Shown: positions 9,133 through 17,787 of the stretch, one piece after another | Layout: each line of letters begins with the position of its first letter | Position numbering within the stretch: position 1 is the stretch's first letter | Notes under the pieces: model-generated | Databases searched by the model: none | Seen by the model: the letters and a program-made list of their open reading frames with translations, nothing else | Told to the model about the DNA's origin: nothing | NCBI GenBank assembly: GCA_041496545.1 | Contig: JBGQET010000008.1 | Span: 7,543 to 71,542 of the forward strand | Direction of reading: 5' to 3' | Length of the DNA: 64,000 bases | Source: Candidatus Binatia bacterium | GTDB taxonomy: Bacteria; Desulfobacterota; Binatia; DP-6 | Position numbers and translations under genes: made by a program

Positions 9133-10167
9133 ATGGCGAACGCACCCGCACCCCGGGCCGAGGCCCCCCCGGCGATCGTCGCCGAGGGCCTCACCAAGCG
9201 CTTCGGCAAGCGCGTCGCCGTGGACCACGTCGATCTCACCATCCGTGCCGGCGACATCTTCGGCCTCCTCGGGCCGAACGGCTCGGGCAAGACGACGATC
9301 ATCCGGATGCTCTGCGGCGTGCTCGCGCCGAGCGACGGACGGGCGACCGTCGCGGGCTACGACGTCGGTCGCGAGCCGGAGCAGGTGAAGCGGGTCATCG
9401 GCTACGTTTCGCAGAAGTTCAGCCTCTACCCCGACCTCACCGTGAAGGAGAACCTCGACTTCTACGGCGACGCGTACCGGGTGCCGCCGCGCGTGGCCGT
9501 CGAGCGCAAGCGCGAGCTGCTCGGACTCACCGCTCTCGAGGGTCGCGAGGGCCAGATGTCGGGCAGCCTCTCGGGCGGCTTGAAGCAGCGCCTCGCCATC
9601 GCGTGCGCGCTCATCCATCGCCCCCGCATCCTCTTCCTCGACGAGCCGACGGCCGGCGTGGACCCGGTCGCCCGCCGCCTCCTGTGGGACCTCCTCTTCC
9701 AGCTCGCGCGCGAGGGCACGACGCTCTTCGTGACGACCCACTACATGGACGAAGCGGAGCGCTGCGCCCGCGTCGCCTACGTCTACTACGGCAAGCTCCT
9801 CGTGAACGGCGACCCGAACGAGATGAAGCAGGAGGAGATCCGGGCGACGAACCGCCGCCTCGAGATCATGTGCCAGCCGCTCATGCCCGCGCTGGCGCTG
9901 CTGCGCGACGCGCCGTACGTCGACGACGTGAGCGTGTTCGGGCAGGCACTGCACATCCGCCTGCGCGACGTGCCGGAGATGCCCGCCGGGCCCGAGCCGT
10001 TCGGCTTCTTCGCCGCCGCGGCATCGCGCGCCGAGGTCATGGAGGTCCTGCGCGGCCGCCTGCTCGAGGGCGGCATCGAGGTCCTCGGCATCCGCTCCGT
10101 CCCGCCCAGCCTCGAGGACATCTTCGTCAGCTTCACGCGCGCCATGGACAAGGGGCAGTTCCTCTGA
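9133..10167 (+). CDS. ABC transporter ATP-binding protein (ABC-2 subfamily, with C-terminal extension)
   Basis: Walker A GPNGSGKTT, signature LSGGLKQR, Walker B ILFLDEP, and an H-loop TTHYMDEA. Confidence 0.92.
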   Translation: MANAPAPRAEAPPAIVAEGLTKRFGKRVAVDHVDLTIRAGDIFGLLGPNGSGKTTIIRMLCGVLAPSDGRATVAGYDVGREPEQVKRVIGYVSQKFSLYPDLTVKENLDFYGDAYRVPPRVAVERKRELLGLTALEGREGQMSGSLSGGLKQRLAIACALIHRPRILFLDEPTAGVDPVARRLLWDLLFQLAREGTTLFVTTHYMDEAERCARVAYVYYGKLLVNGDPNEMKQEEIRATNRRLEIMCQPLMPALALLRDAPYVDDVSVFGQALHIRLRDVPEMPAGPEPFGFFAAAASRAEVMEVLRGRLLEGGIEVLGIRSVPPSLEDIFVSFTRAMDKGQFL

Positions 10168-10171
10168 CCGT

Positions 10172-10663
10172 TTGACTGCCGGCGGGCCAAGCGCACTATG
10201 GGTCGCCGCGCATGGTAGGGACGGTGGGCGAAAGACGTCACGGTTGAGAGCGCGCCGGATCCTGGTCGCGTCCCTCATCCTGGCGGCGCTCTTCGCGGTC
10301 GCACGGGCCGGCAAGCCGCGCGGGCCGGACGTCCATCGGCTCGACGGGAGCTGCGACGCCTGTCACACGGCCGACGCCGCGACCCTGCATCAGGACCCGG
10401 CCCGGGCGGCGACCCTCCTGGTCGAGGACCTCGAGGCCCGGTGCAACGGCTGTCACGGCGACGAGGGCCCGTCGCACAAGACGGGGATGTCACCCGGCAA
10501 GACGACGCCGGATGCCCTGCCGCTCTCCGGAGAGGGCAAGGTCACGTGCGCCACGTGCCACTTCATGCACGGCGAGAGCGACGCCTTCGACAACTTCTGC
10601 CGTCTCGACAACCGGCGGGGCGGGCTCTGCCTCACCTGCCACGAGCTGTCCGAGCTGCAATGA
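10172..10663 (+). CDS. membrane-anchored tetraheme c-type cytochrome
   Basis: Four CxxCH motifs (CDACH, CNGCH, CATCH, CLTCH) lie in about 110 aa after a hydrophobic anchor ILVASLILAALFAVA. The ORF opens at TTG 10172. The true start may be further downstream, for example the in-frame TTG encoding the L of RLRARR. Confidence 0.75.
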   Translation: MTAGGPSALWVAAHGRDGGRKTSRLRARRILVASLILAALFAVARAGKPRGPDVHRLDGSCDACHTADAATLHQDPARAATLLVEDLEARCNGCHGDEGPSHKTGMSPGKTTPDALPLSGEGKVTCATCHFMHGESDAFDNFCRLDNRRGGLCLTCHELSELQ

Positions 10664-10686
10664 GCGACCCGCGAGGAGGATGACCG

Positions 10687-11289
10687 ATGGCATGGTTCGG
10701 CTTGCTGCACCACCACCAAGGCCACCGCTCGCGCCAGTTGCGCTGGATCGTTCCCATTGTCGGCACGCTGTTCGCGGGCGGGGTCGCCGTGCTCGTCGTT
10801 CAGTACATGCTGAGCGACCAGGCCGTCGAGACCGAGTTCTTTCGCGCCCACAAGACGATCCACCACACCGGCGAGCTGCTCGAGCGCGGTTTCTCGTTCG
10901 GTCTCGTGATGCTCGCGCTGATGGGGGTCATGGTCGGGGTGTGGGCCCTGCGCGTCACGCACCGCATCGTGCGGCCCGTCCACACGCTCCACCGGGCCCT
11001 CGAGGCGCTCCTCGCCGGTGACCTCGGCGTTCGCGTCGAGCTCCACCGGCAGGACGAGTTCCAGGAAGTCGGCGAAGCGCTCAACCGCCTGGCGGACGAG
11101 TTCGCCGCGACGCTGGGCACGGTGCATGGGCTGACCGACCGCATCGAGTCGCTCGCCGCCGAGGTCGCGCGCGAAGCGCACGACGCGTCGGCGGAGGCAC
11201 GCCTCCACGCGCTCGCGCAGGAGCTCGATCGGACCATGGAGTTCTTCCGGCTCGAGCCGCGGCGGCTGATCACGGAACGGACGGGCTGA
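10687..11289 (+). CDS. HAMP-domain membrane protein without a recognisable output domain
   Basis: GAGGAGGA lies upstream of the ATG. Two TM segments are followed by a HAMP-like stretch (RIVRPVHTLHRALEALLAGDLGVRVELHRQDEFQEVGEALNRLADEF) and a short coiled coil. The N-terminus is His-rich (HHHQGH). Confidence 0.7.
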   Translation: MAWFGLLHHHQGHRSRQLRWIVPIVGTLFAGGVAVLVVQYMLSDQAVETEFFRAHKTIHHTGELLERGFSFGLVMLALMGVMVGVWALRVTHRIVRPVHTLHRALEALLAGDLGVRVELHRQDEFQEVGEALNRLADEFAATLGTVHGLTDRIESLAAEVAREAHDASAEARLHALAQELDRTMEFFRLEPRRLITERTG

Positions 11290-11290
11290 G

Positions 11291-11989
11291 ATGCGGCGCG
11301 TCCTCGGCTGGCTCGTGCTGCTGCGAGCCGTGGCATGGGCGGGGCCGACGGGGTTGAACATCATCCCCACCACCGACCTCGTGCCCTGGCGTCAACTGAG
11401 TCTCGCGCTCCAGAACGGCAACACCGCCATCGAGGGGCACGGCTCGGTGGTCTCCAGGCCCACCTTCGTGCCGCAGATCCAGTTCGGCTTGCCGAAGAAC
11501 GTCGAGGCGGGGCTCGACGTCGTGCCGGAGAACCCGCCGCACGACTACCGGCCGGTGATGAACCTCAAGTGGACCTTCCTCCCCGAGGGGTATCGCTCGC
11601 CGGCCGTCGCCGTCGGCGCTTCGCAGCTCGGCGTCGGCTTCCAGCCGACGTTCTTCCTGGTGGGCAGCCGCACGCTCAACTTCGAGAAGATCCAGTATCA
11701 GAGGTTTCGCGCCCACCATCGGAACATCAAGCTGCGGGGCATCCGTGCCCACGCCGGCATGCTGCGCACGGCGAACGCGTGGCGCGCCATCCTGGGCACC
11801 GACATCGAGGTGTCGGATCACTTCGTCATCTACGCCGACTGGACCTCGGGCCGGCACGATTCCGTCAGCCTGGGCGGCGTCGTGGTCATCAACCGCGAGA
11901 ACAGCATCACCGCGTCCCTGCTGCGGGCCAACAACGAGGATCGCGTGGGCGGGGTGCTCCTGACCCTCACCCACACCTTCGCGTGGTGA
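11291..11989 (+). CDS. putative outer-membrane beta-barrel protein
   Basis: Signal peptide MRRVLGWLVLLRAVAWA, alternating amphipathic strands, and a C-terminal aromatic signature ...LTLTHTFAW. The start lies 1 nt after the HAMP gene stop. Confidence 0.6.
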   Translation: MRRVLGWLVLLRAVAWAGPTGLNIIPTTDLVPWRQLSLALQNGNTAIEGHGSVVSRPTFVPQIQFGLPKNVEAGLDVVPENPPHDYRPVMNLKWTFLPEGYRSPAVAVGASQLGVGFQPTFFLVGSRTLNFEKIQYQRFRAHHRNIKLRGIRAHAGMLRTANAWRAILGTDIEVSDHFVIYADWTSGRHDSVSLGGVVVINRENSITASLLRANNEDRVGGVLLTLTHTFAW

Positions 11990-11997
11990 GGCACGAA

Positions 11998-12029
11998 ACG
12001 CCCCGCAAGGCAGATCCTGCCGGGGGCGT
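11998..12029 (+). terminator. GC-rich stem-loop between the barrel gene and motA-like gene (possible attenuator, no T-tract)
   Basis: ACGCCCC (11998-12004) pairs with GGGGCGT (12023-12029). An inner stem GGCAG/CTGCC surrounds an ATC loop. Confidence 0.4.
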
Positions 12030-12088
12030 CGCGCCCGTTCGCCTGGATATTCGCGCCGCGCCCCCGGCACCGTGCGTGCTTTCGGGGC

Positions 12089-12901
12089 ATGCGGATACGC
12101 CGGCTTCTGCGGACGCTCGCCAAGACCGGCTCCGCGGGCGTCGGGCTCGCGGTGGCGGCGGGCGTGGCGGTGCTGGCGCTCGCCACCGGGTTCCTCGACC
12201 CGCTCTCGCTCCTCATCACGGTCGGGGGTGCGCTCGGCGTCGCGCGGGCGACCTTCTCGCGCGAACGGATCGCGAGCACGCGGCGGCACCTCGCCGCGGC
12301 GCTCGAGGAGGAGCCGAGCGCCGAGGACCTGATCGTCAGCATCAAGCGGCTGGCGCGCATCCACCGCACCGACGGCGAGCTCGCCCTCGAGCGGGCCGCC
12401 GCCGCGGAGCGCGACCCCTTCGTCCGCCGCGCTATCGCGCTCGCGCTCGAGTGCCGCGACGAGGAGGAGCTGGCCGACGTCCTGGTCGCGGAAGCGCGCC
12501 GCTGCGCGGCCGAGGGCGAAGCCGCGCGTCACGTGCTGGTCACGCTCGGCAAGCTGTTCCCCGCCTTCGGGCTGATCGGCACGCTGATCGGCCTCGTGCT
12601 GCTGCTGCGGCACCTCGGCCAGGCGAGCTTCACGGCGATCGGCCCGGGGCTCGGCATCGCGGTGCTGACGACGCTCTACGGCGCGGTCTTCGCCAACGTC
12701 GTCGTGCTGCCGCTCGCCACCAAGCTGCACGCCCACCTGGGGCGGACCCTGCTCCGCATGCACATGATCATCGACGGGGTGCTCCTCGTGTACCGCCAGG
12801 AGTTCCCGACCCGGATCGAGCGGCTGCTGCGCGGGTACGTGGGCGCACCCGCCGCCGAGGGACGACGCCGTGTCGTCGGGCTTACCGAGCGCGCGGCCTG
12901 A
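12089..12901 (+). CDS. motA: MotA/PomA-family proton-channel stator protein
   Basis: Four-TM layout with a long cytoplasmic loop (DGELALERAA...FVRRAIALAL). TM3 is FPAFGLIGTLIG and TM4 is LTTLYGAVFANVVVLPLA, with the conserved prolines present. Confidence 0.85.
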   Translation: MRIRRLLRTLAKTGSAGVGLAVAAGVAVLALATGFLDPLSLLITVGGALGVARATFSRERIASTRRHLAAALEEEPSAEDLIVSIKRLARIHRTDGELALERAAAAERDPFVRRAIALALECRDEEELADVLVAEARRCAAEGEAARHVLVTLGKLFPAFGLIGTLIGLVLLLRHLGQASFTAIGPGLGIAVLTTLYGAVFANVVVLPLATKLHAHLGRTLLRMHMIIDGVLLVYRQEFPTRIERLLRGYVGAPAAEGRRRVVGLTERAA

Positions 12902-13583
12902 CCGCCTCCGGGCGCTCGGCTTCGAGCCGGCGCCGCCGGACGAGGATCAGACGGCGTGGCTGGTGACCTTCAGCGACCTGGTCCTCCAGCTCTTCGCCTT
13001 CGTACTGGTTTCCGTCGTGCTCGCCGGCGCCGCGTCGCCCCCGCCCGCGGCCGCGCTCGCGCCCGAGCCGCCGCCGGCGCCGGTCGAGGAGCGCACCATC
13101 GAGCCGGAGCGCGACACGGCCGCGTCGCGTCTCGCCGAGGTCGCTCGCGGCGTCCGGGAGGCGCTCGCGACCGACGCCGTGCAGGTGGCCGTCCGCGACT
13201 CGGACGTGATCGTGACGCTGAGCGACACCATCACCTTCCCGTCGGGAAGCGGCCAGCTCCTCCCGGCGGCGGTGCCGATCCTCCGCCGGATCGGCGCGCT
13301 CGCCCGGGCGATGCCCGACTTCGACGTCGAGGTGGGCGGGCACACGGACGACCGGCCGATCCACACCGGCGAGTTCGCCTCCAACCTGGAGCTGTCGCTC
13401 GCGCGCGCCGCGCGCGTCGTCCACGAGCTCGCCGCCGCGGCCCCCGAGCTGGGCGAGCGCGCGATCGCCGCCGGCTACGGTGAGCACCGCCCGGTCGCGC
13501 CCAACGGCGACGAGGAGGGCCGGGCGAGGAACCGGCGCGTCGAGATCCGCCTGCTGCCGCATGCATCTGTGCCACGCACCTAA
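12870..13583 (+). CDS. motB: MotB/OmpA-family stator protein
   Basis: GTG start after GAGGGA, overlapping motA by 32 nt. The plug/TM region WLVTFSDLVLQLFAFVLV carries the conserved Asp. C-terminal OmpA-like motifs are GHTDDRPI...NLELSLARA...NRRVEI. Confidence 0.85.
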   Translation: MSSGLPSARPDRLRALGFEPAPPDEDQTAWLVTFSDLVLQLFAFVLVSVVLAGAASPPPAAALAPEPPPAPVEERTIEPERDTAASRLAEVARGVREALATDAVQVAVRDSDVIVTLSDTITFPSGSGQLLPAAVPILRRIGALARAMPDFDVEVGGHTDDRPIHTGEFASNLELSLARAARVVHELAAAAPELGERAIAAGYGEHRPVAPNGDEEGRARNRRVEIRLLPHASVPRT

Positions 13584-13620
13584 CACTTCTCCTTGACCGA
13601 GACCCGCCGGCTGGGTACGG

Positions 13621-14607
13621 ATGCGCATGCGCGCGCGCACCCCGTTCGTCCTCGGCTTGTGCTTCGTGATGGCGACCGCCGCGGGCGCCAAGATCCACCT
13701 GAAGAAGCCGAAGAACGGCTTCCAGATGCGGGTCGGCGCGTACAGCGTGGCGCCCGGGCAGGATCTCGAAGTCTGCGAGTACCGCCGCCTGCCGAACAAG
13801 AAGGCCATGGACGTGTCGGGCTTCGAGCTGCGCATGCCCGAGGGCGCGCACCATTTCGTCGTCTGGGCCTACGGCGGGAAGCTCCACGACGACTCCGACT
13901 TCCCGCGGGGTGTCGTCCCGAGCGTCGCCTGCTCGGGCCTCGCGCCGGACGAGATCATCCCCCAGATTCTGATCCCCATCCAGACACCGAACGCGCGCTT
14001 CTCGTTCCCGAAGGGCATCGCGCTCGCGATCGAGCCGCGCGAGCAGGTGTGGCTCAACCCGCACATGAAGAACCGCAGCGCGGAGCCCATCACGCCGGAC
14101 ATCCGCTTCAACTTTTACGCCGCCAAGAAGGGCACGGTGCGCCACCACGCGCAGGGCCTCATCGTCGGTAACATCACCGACATCCACATCCCCGCGGGCG
14201 GCGACAAGACGATCACGGCGGAGTGGACCTCGCCCCTCGACCTGACGCTCATCCACCTCGCCACCCACCAGCACCGGCTCGGGACGTACGCCAACATCGA
14301 GATCGTCGCGCCCGACGGCGTGACGCGCGACAAGGTGTACGAGAACGACGACTGGCAGCACCCGCATCCGTTCTGGCCGACGCCGCCGATCCGTCTCGTG
14401 AAGGGTCAGAAGATGCGGATCACCTGCACGTGGCACAACACCGACGACCACGAGGTCGACTTCGGCGTGAAGACCACGGACGAGATGTGCTTCATCCTCG
14501 GCTTCTACTACCGGGACGGGGACGCCACGACGCCGGTCGCCGACCATCAGTGCACCTCGGCGCGCAAGGGGCTTCTCTGCCCGTTCGCGCCGGCGGTGGC
14601 GAACTAG
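13621..14607 (+). CDS. secreted copper type II monooxygenase-like protein (PHM/DBH fold)
   Basis: A signal peptide is present. Candidate Cu ligands are HH (res 77-78, AHHFVVW), H148 (NPHMK), HxH (res 216/218, THQHRLG) and Met289 (TDEMCFILGFYY). Their spacing is close to PHM H107/H108/H172/H242/H244/M314. Confidence 0.75.
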   Translation: MRMRARTPFVLGLCFVMATAAGAKIHLKKPKNGFQMRVGAYSVAPGQDLEVCEYRRLPNKKAMDVSGFELRMPEGAHHFVVWAYGGKLHDDSDFPRGVVPSVACSGLAPDEIIPQILIPIQTPNARFSFPKGIALAIEPREQVWLNPHMKNRSAEPITPDIRFNFYAAKKGTVRHHAQGLIVGNITDIHIPAGGDKTITAEWTSPLDLTLIHLATHQHRLGTYANIEIVAPDGVTRDKVYENDDWQHPHPFWPTPPIRLVKGQKMRITCTWHNTDDHEVDFGVKTTDEMCFILGFYYRDGDATTPVADHQCTSARKGLLCPFAPAVAN

Positions 14608-14736
14608 GCCTCGTCCGAGTCGTCGATTCCCAGGCATGCGCGGGTGGGCGGGGGGTGCCGGCTCACGCCCCCGTGGCAGGCCCGCGTCCAGGCGACCGCT
14701 TGAAACCGGGAGCCCACGGGGCGCATCTCGACGGAC

Positions 14737-15437
14737 ATGAAGGCAGTCGCGGTCACCCCCGGGAAGCGTGAGGTCGGGCTGATCGAGCAGGAGCCACCCC
14801 GCCTCGGCGGCCCGCGCGACGTCGCGCTCCGCATGCTGGAGGTCGGCGTCTGCGGCACGGAGCCCGGGAAGGTGCGCCGGGCGGCCACCGCGCGGTCGTG
14901 CTGGGCGCCGGCCCCGTCGGGCTCCTCGGCGCGATGGCGCTGGTCGCCGCGGGCTTCGAGACCTCCGTCTACTCGCGCGAAGCGGCGCCCAACTCGAAGT
15001 CCACGCTGCTCGGCTCGATCGGCGTGCGCTACTTCTCGGCCGAGGACACCCCGATCGAGAAGCTGGCCGCTGCGGTCGGCAACATCGACGTGGTCTACGA
15101 GGCGACGGGCGCGTCGTCCGCCGCCTTCCAGCTCATGAAGGTGCTCGGCACCAACGGCGTCTTCATCTTCACCGGCGTCCCGGGGCGGAAGGCGCCCATC
15201 GAGGTCGAGGCGGACGTCATCATGCGGAACCTCGTGCTCCAGAACCAGGTGGTGTTCGGCACCGTGAACGCCGGCCACGAGGCGTTCGAGGCCGCGATCC
15301 GCGACCTGACGCTCTTCCGGACGCGCTGGCCCGAGGCGGTCCGCTCGCTCATCACCGGTCGCTACCCCGTCGAGGCGTACCGCGACCTCCTCGTCGGGCC
15401 GGCGCGGGGGATCAAGAACGTCCTCGCCTTCGCATAA
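14737..15437 (+). pseudogene. glucose/threonine-dehydrogenase-like MDR (zinc ADH) gene with an internal out-of-frame deletion
   Basis: The N-terminal fragment MKAVAVTPGK...RMLEVGVCGTE (frame of 14737) joins within about 30 nt to ..RAVVLGAGPVGLLGAMALV... (frame of 14898, offset 2 nt). About 120 residues of the catalytic domain are absent. Confidence 0.7.
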
Positions 15438-15489
15438 CGCCGCGGAGTGGCTGGAGGCCGACGGCCTCGGCGGCTTCGCCTCCGGGACC

Positions 15490-17301
15490 GTGAACGGCAT
15501 CCGGACGCGCCGCTACCACGCGCTCCTGAACGTCGCGACGGTGCCGCCCGGCGGCCGGATGGTGCTGGTGAACGGCCTCGAAGCCTGGATCGAGACGCCG
15601 GCCGGCTCCTTCGCGCTCTCCTCCCAGCGCTACGCGCCCGACGTCGTCCACCCCGACGGCGCCGAGCGCATCGCGGCGTTCGCACCCGATCCGTGGCCGC
15701 AGTGGACGTTCGCGCTGCCGGACGGGACCCGCATAGAGCACGCCGTGTTCGTCCGGCCGGAGCGGGCCGCCACCTATATATACTGGCGGCTCCGCGCCGG
15801 GCCGGGGGGCACGCTCGCGGTGCGGCCGCTCCTCTCCGGGCGCGACCACCACGCGCTCCACCACGAGAACCAGGCGTTCCGCTTCGAAGCCGATGTCGCG
15901 GGCGACCAGGTGACATGGCGCCCGTACCCCGGCGTGCCCGCCGTCGTCGCGCGCACGAACGGCGCCTACGGCCACCAGCCGGACTGGTACCGCGGCTTCC
16001 TCTATGCGGAGGAGCGCGCGCGCGGCCTGGACGACGTCGAGGACCTCGCCGCGCCCGGCGTCTTCCGCTTCGACCTGACGCGCGGGGAGGCGGTCCTCGT
16101 CCTCGCCGCCGAGGGCCACGAGCCGGCCGACGACCTCGCCGCCGCGCGCAGCGCCGAGCGACGCCGCCGCGGGCGCTTCCCGTCGCGGCTCCATCGGGCG
16201 GCGGACGCGTATCTGGTCCGCCGGAGCTCGGGCCGCACGATCATCGCCGGCTATCCGTGGTTCACCGACTGGGGCCGCGACACCTTTATCGCGCTGCGCG
16301 GCCTCTGCCTCGCGACCGGTCGCTTCGCCGACGCCCGCGCCATCCTGCTCGAGTGGGCGGGTCTCGTCTCGGACGGCATGCTGCCGAACCGCTTCCCCGA
16401 CGGCGACGCGCCGCCGGAGTACAACGCGGTGGACGCCGCGCTCTGGTACGTCGTCGCGGTCCACGAGCTGCTCTCGGCCGAGGACGTCGACGCGTGCGAC
16501 CGCCGCACGCTCCTCGCGGCCGTCGAGGCCATCCTCGCGGGCTACGCACGCGGGACGCGCTACGGCATCCACGTCGACGACGACGGCCTGCTCGCTGCCG
16601 GCGTCCCCGGCGTCCAGCTCACCTGGATGGACGCCAAGGTGGGCGACTGGGTGGTGACGCCGCGGATCGGGAAGCCGGTCGAGGTGCAGGCCCTCTGGCT
16701 CGCCGCGCTGCGCATCGGCAGCGCGGTCTCCGAGCGCTGGGCCGCGCTCTACGCGCGCGGCCGCGCCGCCTTCGAGGCGCGCTTCTGGGACGAGGGCCGC
16801 GGCTGGCTCGCCGACGTCGTCGACCCCGACCATCGTCCGGGCGCCGACTTCACCTTCCGCCCGAACCAGATCCTCGCCGTCGGCGGTCTGCCGTTCGCGG
16901 CCCTCGAGGGCGCGCGGGCGCGGCGGGTCGTGGACGCCGTCGAAGCGCGGCTGGTGACGCCGCTCGGCCTCCGCTCGCTCGCGCCCGACGAGCCCGGCTA
17001 CGTGCCGCACTACCGCGGCGGCGTCCGCGAGCGCGACGGCGCGTACCACCAGGGGACGGTGTGGCCGTGGCTCATGGGCCCCTTCGTCGAGGCGTGGGTG
17101 CGGGTGCGCGGCGGGACGGCGGCGGCGAAGCGCGAAGCGCGCCTCCGCTTCCTCGACCCGTTGCTCGCGCACACGGACGACGCCGGCCTCGGCCACCTGC
17201 CCGAGGTCGCGGACGGCGACCCGCCGCACACCCCGGGTGGCTGCCCGTTCCAGGCGTGGTCCGTGGGTGAAGCGCTCCGCCTGACACACCTCCTCGGCTG
17301 A
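15490..17301 (+). CDS. glycogen debranching enzyme (amylo-alpha-1,6-glucosidase, GDE_C family)
   Basis: Motifs RRYHALL, GYPWFTDWGRDTFIAL, QLTWMDAKV, and RGGVRERDGAYHQGTVWPWL. GTG 15490 is the first canonical start. Conserved residues EWLEADGLGGFASGT are encoded in frame just upstream (15445-15489) without any ATG, GTG or TTG. Confidence 0.85.
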   Translation: MNGIRTRRYHALLNVATVPPGGRMVLVNGLEAWIETPAGSFALSSQRYAPDVVHPDGAERIAAFAPDPWPQWTFALPDGTRIEHAVFVRPERAATYIYWRLRAGPGGTLAVRPLLSGRDHHALHHENQAFRFEADVAGDQVTWRPYPGVPAVVARTNGAYGHQPDWYRGFLYAEERARGLDDVEDLAAPGVFRFDLTRGEAVLVLAAEGHEPADDLAAARSAERRRRGRFPSRLHRAADAYLVRRSSGRTIIAGYPWFTDWGRDTFIALRGLCLATGRFADARAILLEWAGLVSDGMLPNRFPDGDAPPEYNAVDAALWYVVAVHELLSAEDVDACDRRTLLAAVEAILAGYARGTRYGIHVDDDGLLAAGVPGVQLTWMDAKVGDWVVTPRIGKPVEVQALWLAALRIGSAVSERWAALYARGRAAFEARFWDEGRGWLADVVDPDHRPGADFTFRPNQILAVGGLPFAALEGARARRVVDAVEARLVTPLGLRSLAPDEPGYVPHYRGGVRERDGAYHQGTVWPWLMGPFVEAWVRVRGGTAAAKREARLRFLDPLLAHTDDAGLGHLPEVADGDPPHTPGGCPFQAWSVGEALRLTHLLG

Positions 17302-17319
17302 CGGCATCCAGGAGACACC

Positions 17320-17787
17320 ATGCCCATCGGCACCCCGCCGCCGACCTCGGAGATCACGCCGCAGGCACACTACCTCCGCCGGCGGGAGTTCATCCGGGAC
17401 GCGGCCCTCTTCACGGCGACGACCACCGCGGTCGGCGGCAGCCTCCTCTGGCTCATGCGGGGCGGGCGGGCCGATCCGCGCCGCGACGCGGTGCCGGAGG
17501 GGAAGCGGCTTCCGGCGACGCCGAACGCCCGCTACGCCACCGACGAGGCGGTCACGCCGTTCCGCGACGCCACCACGTACGACAACTTCTACGAGTTCGG
17601 GACGGACAAGGCGGACCCCGCCGAGAACGCGCACACGCTGCGTCCGCGGCCGTGGACGGTGAGCATCGAGGGAGAGGTAGAGCGGCCGCGCGTGGTCGAC
17701 GTCGACGCGCTCCTCGCCTCGGTCACGCTCGAGGAGCGCGTCTACCGCATGCGCTGCGTCGAGGCCTGGTCGATGGTCATCCCGTGG
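17320..17787 (+). pseudogene. msrP: 3'-truncated msrP (yedY) protein-methionine-sulfoxide reductase catalytic subunit
   Basis: Tat signal RRREFIRDAALF. YDNFYEFGTDKADP...EERVYRMRCVEAWSMVIPW matches E. coli MsrP up to the VPW position. It then runs into unrelated Arg-rich sequence, with the ORF stop at 17871. About 190 C-terminal residues and msrQ are absent. Confidence 0.8.

Noticed and set aside
4771-10167. The ABC-2 permease (4771-5886) and ABC-2-type ATPase (9133-10167) as a single transporter split by insertion of the patatin and acyltransferase genes
   Set aside because: The two genes are on opposite strands and divergent, so a simple insertion into an operon does not explain the layout. 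Partnership cannot be inferred from sequence alone.
12089-13583. The MotA/MotB pair as a Zorya (ZorAB) anti-phage system
   Set aside because: There is no ZorC/ZorD-like helicase or nuclease nearby. This MotA is of normal size (270 aa) and lacks the long C-terminal tail of ZorA. The neighbouring genes are envelope and redox proteins.
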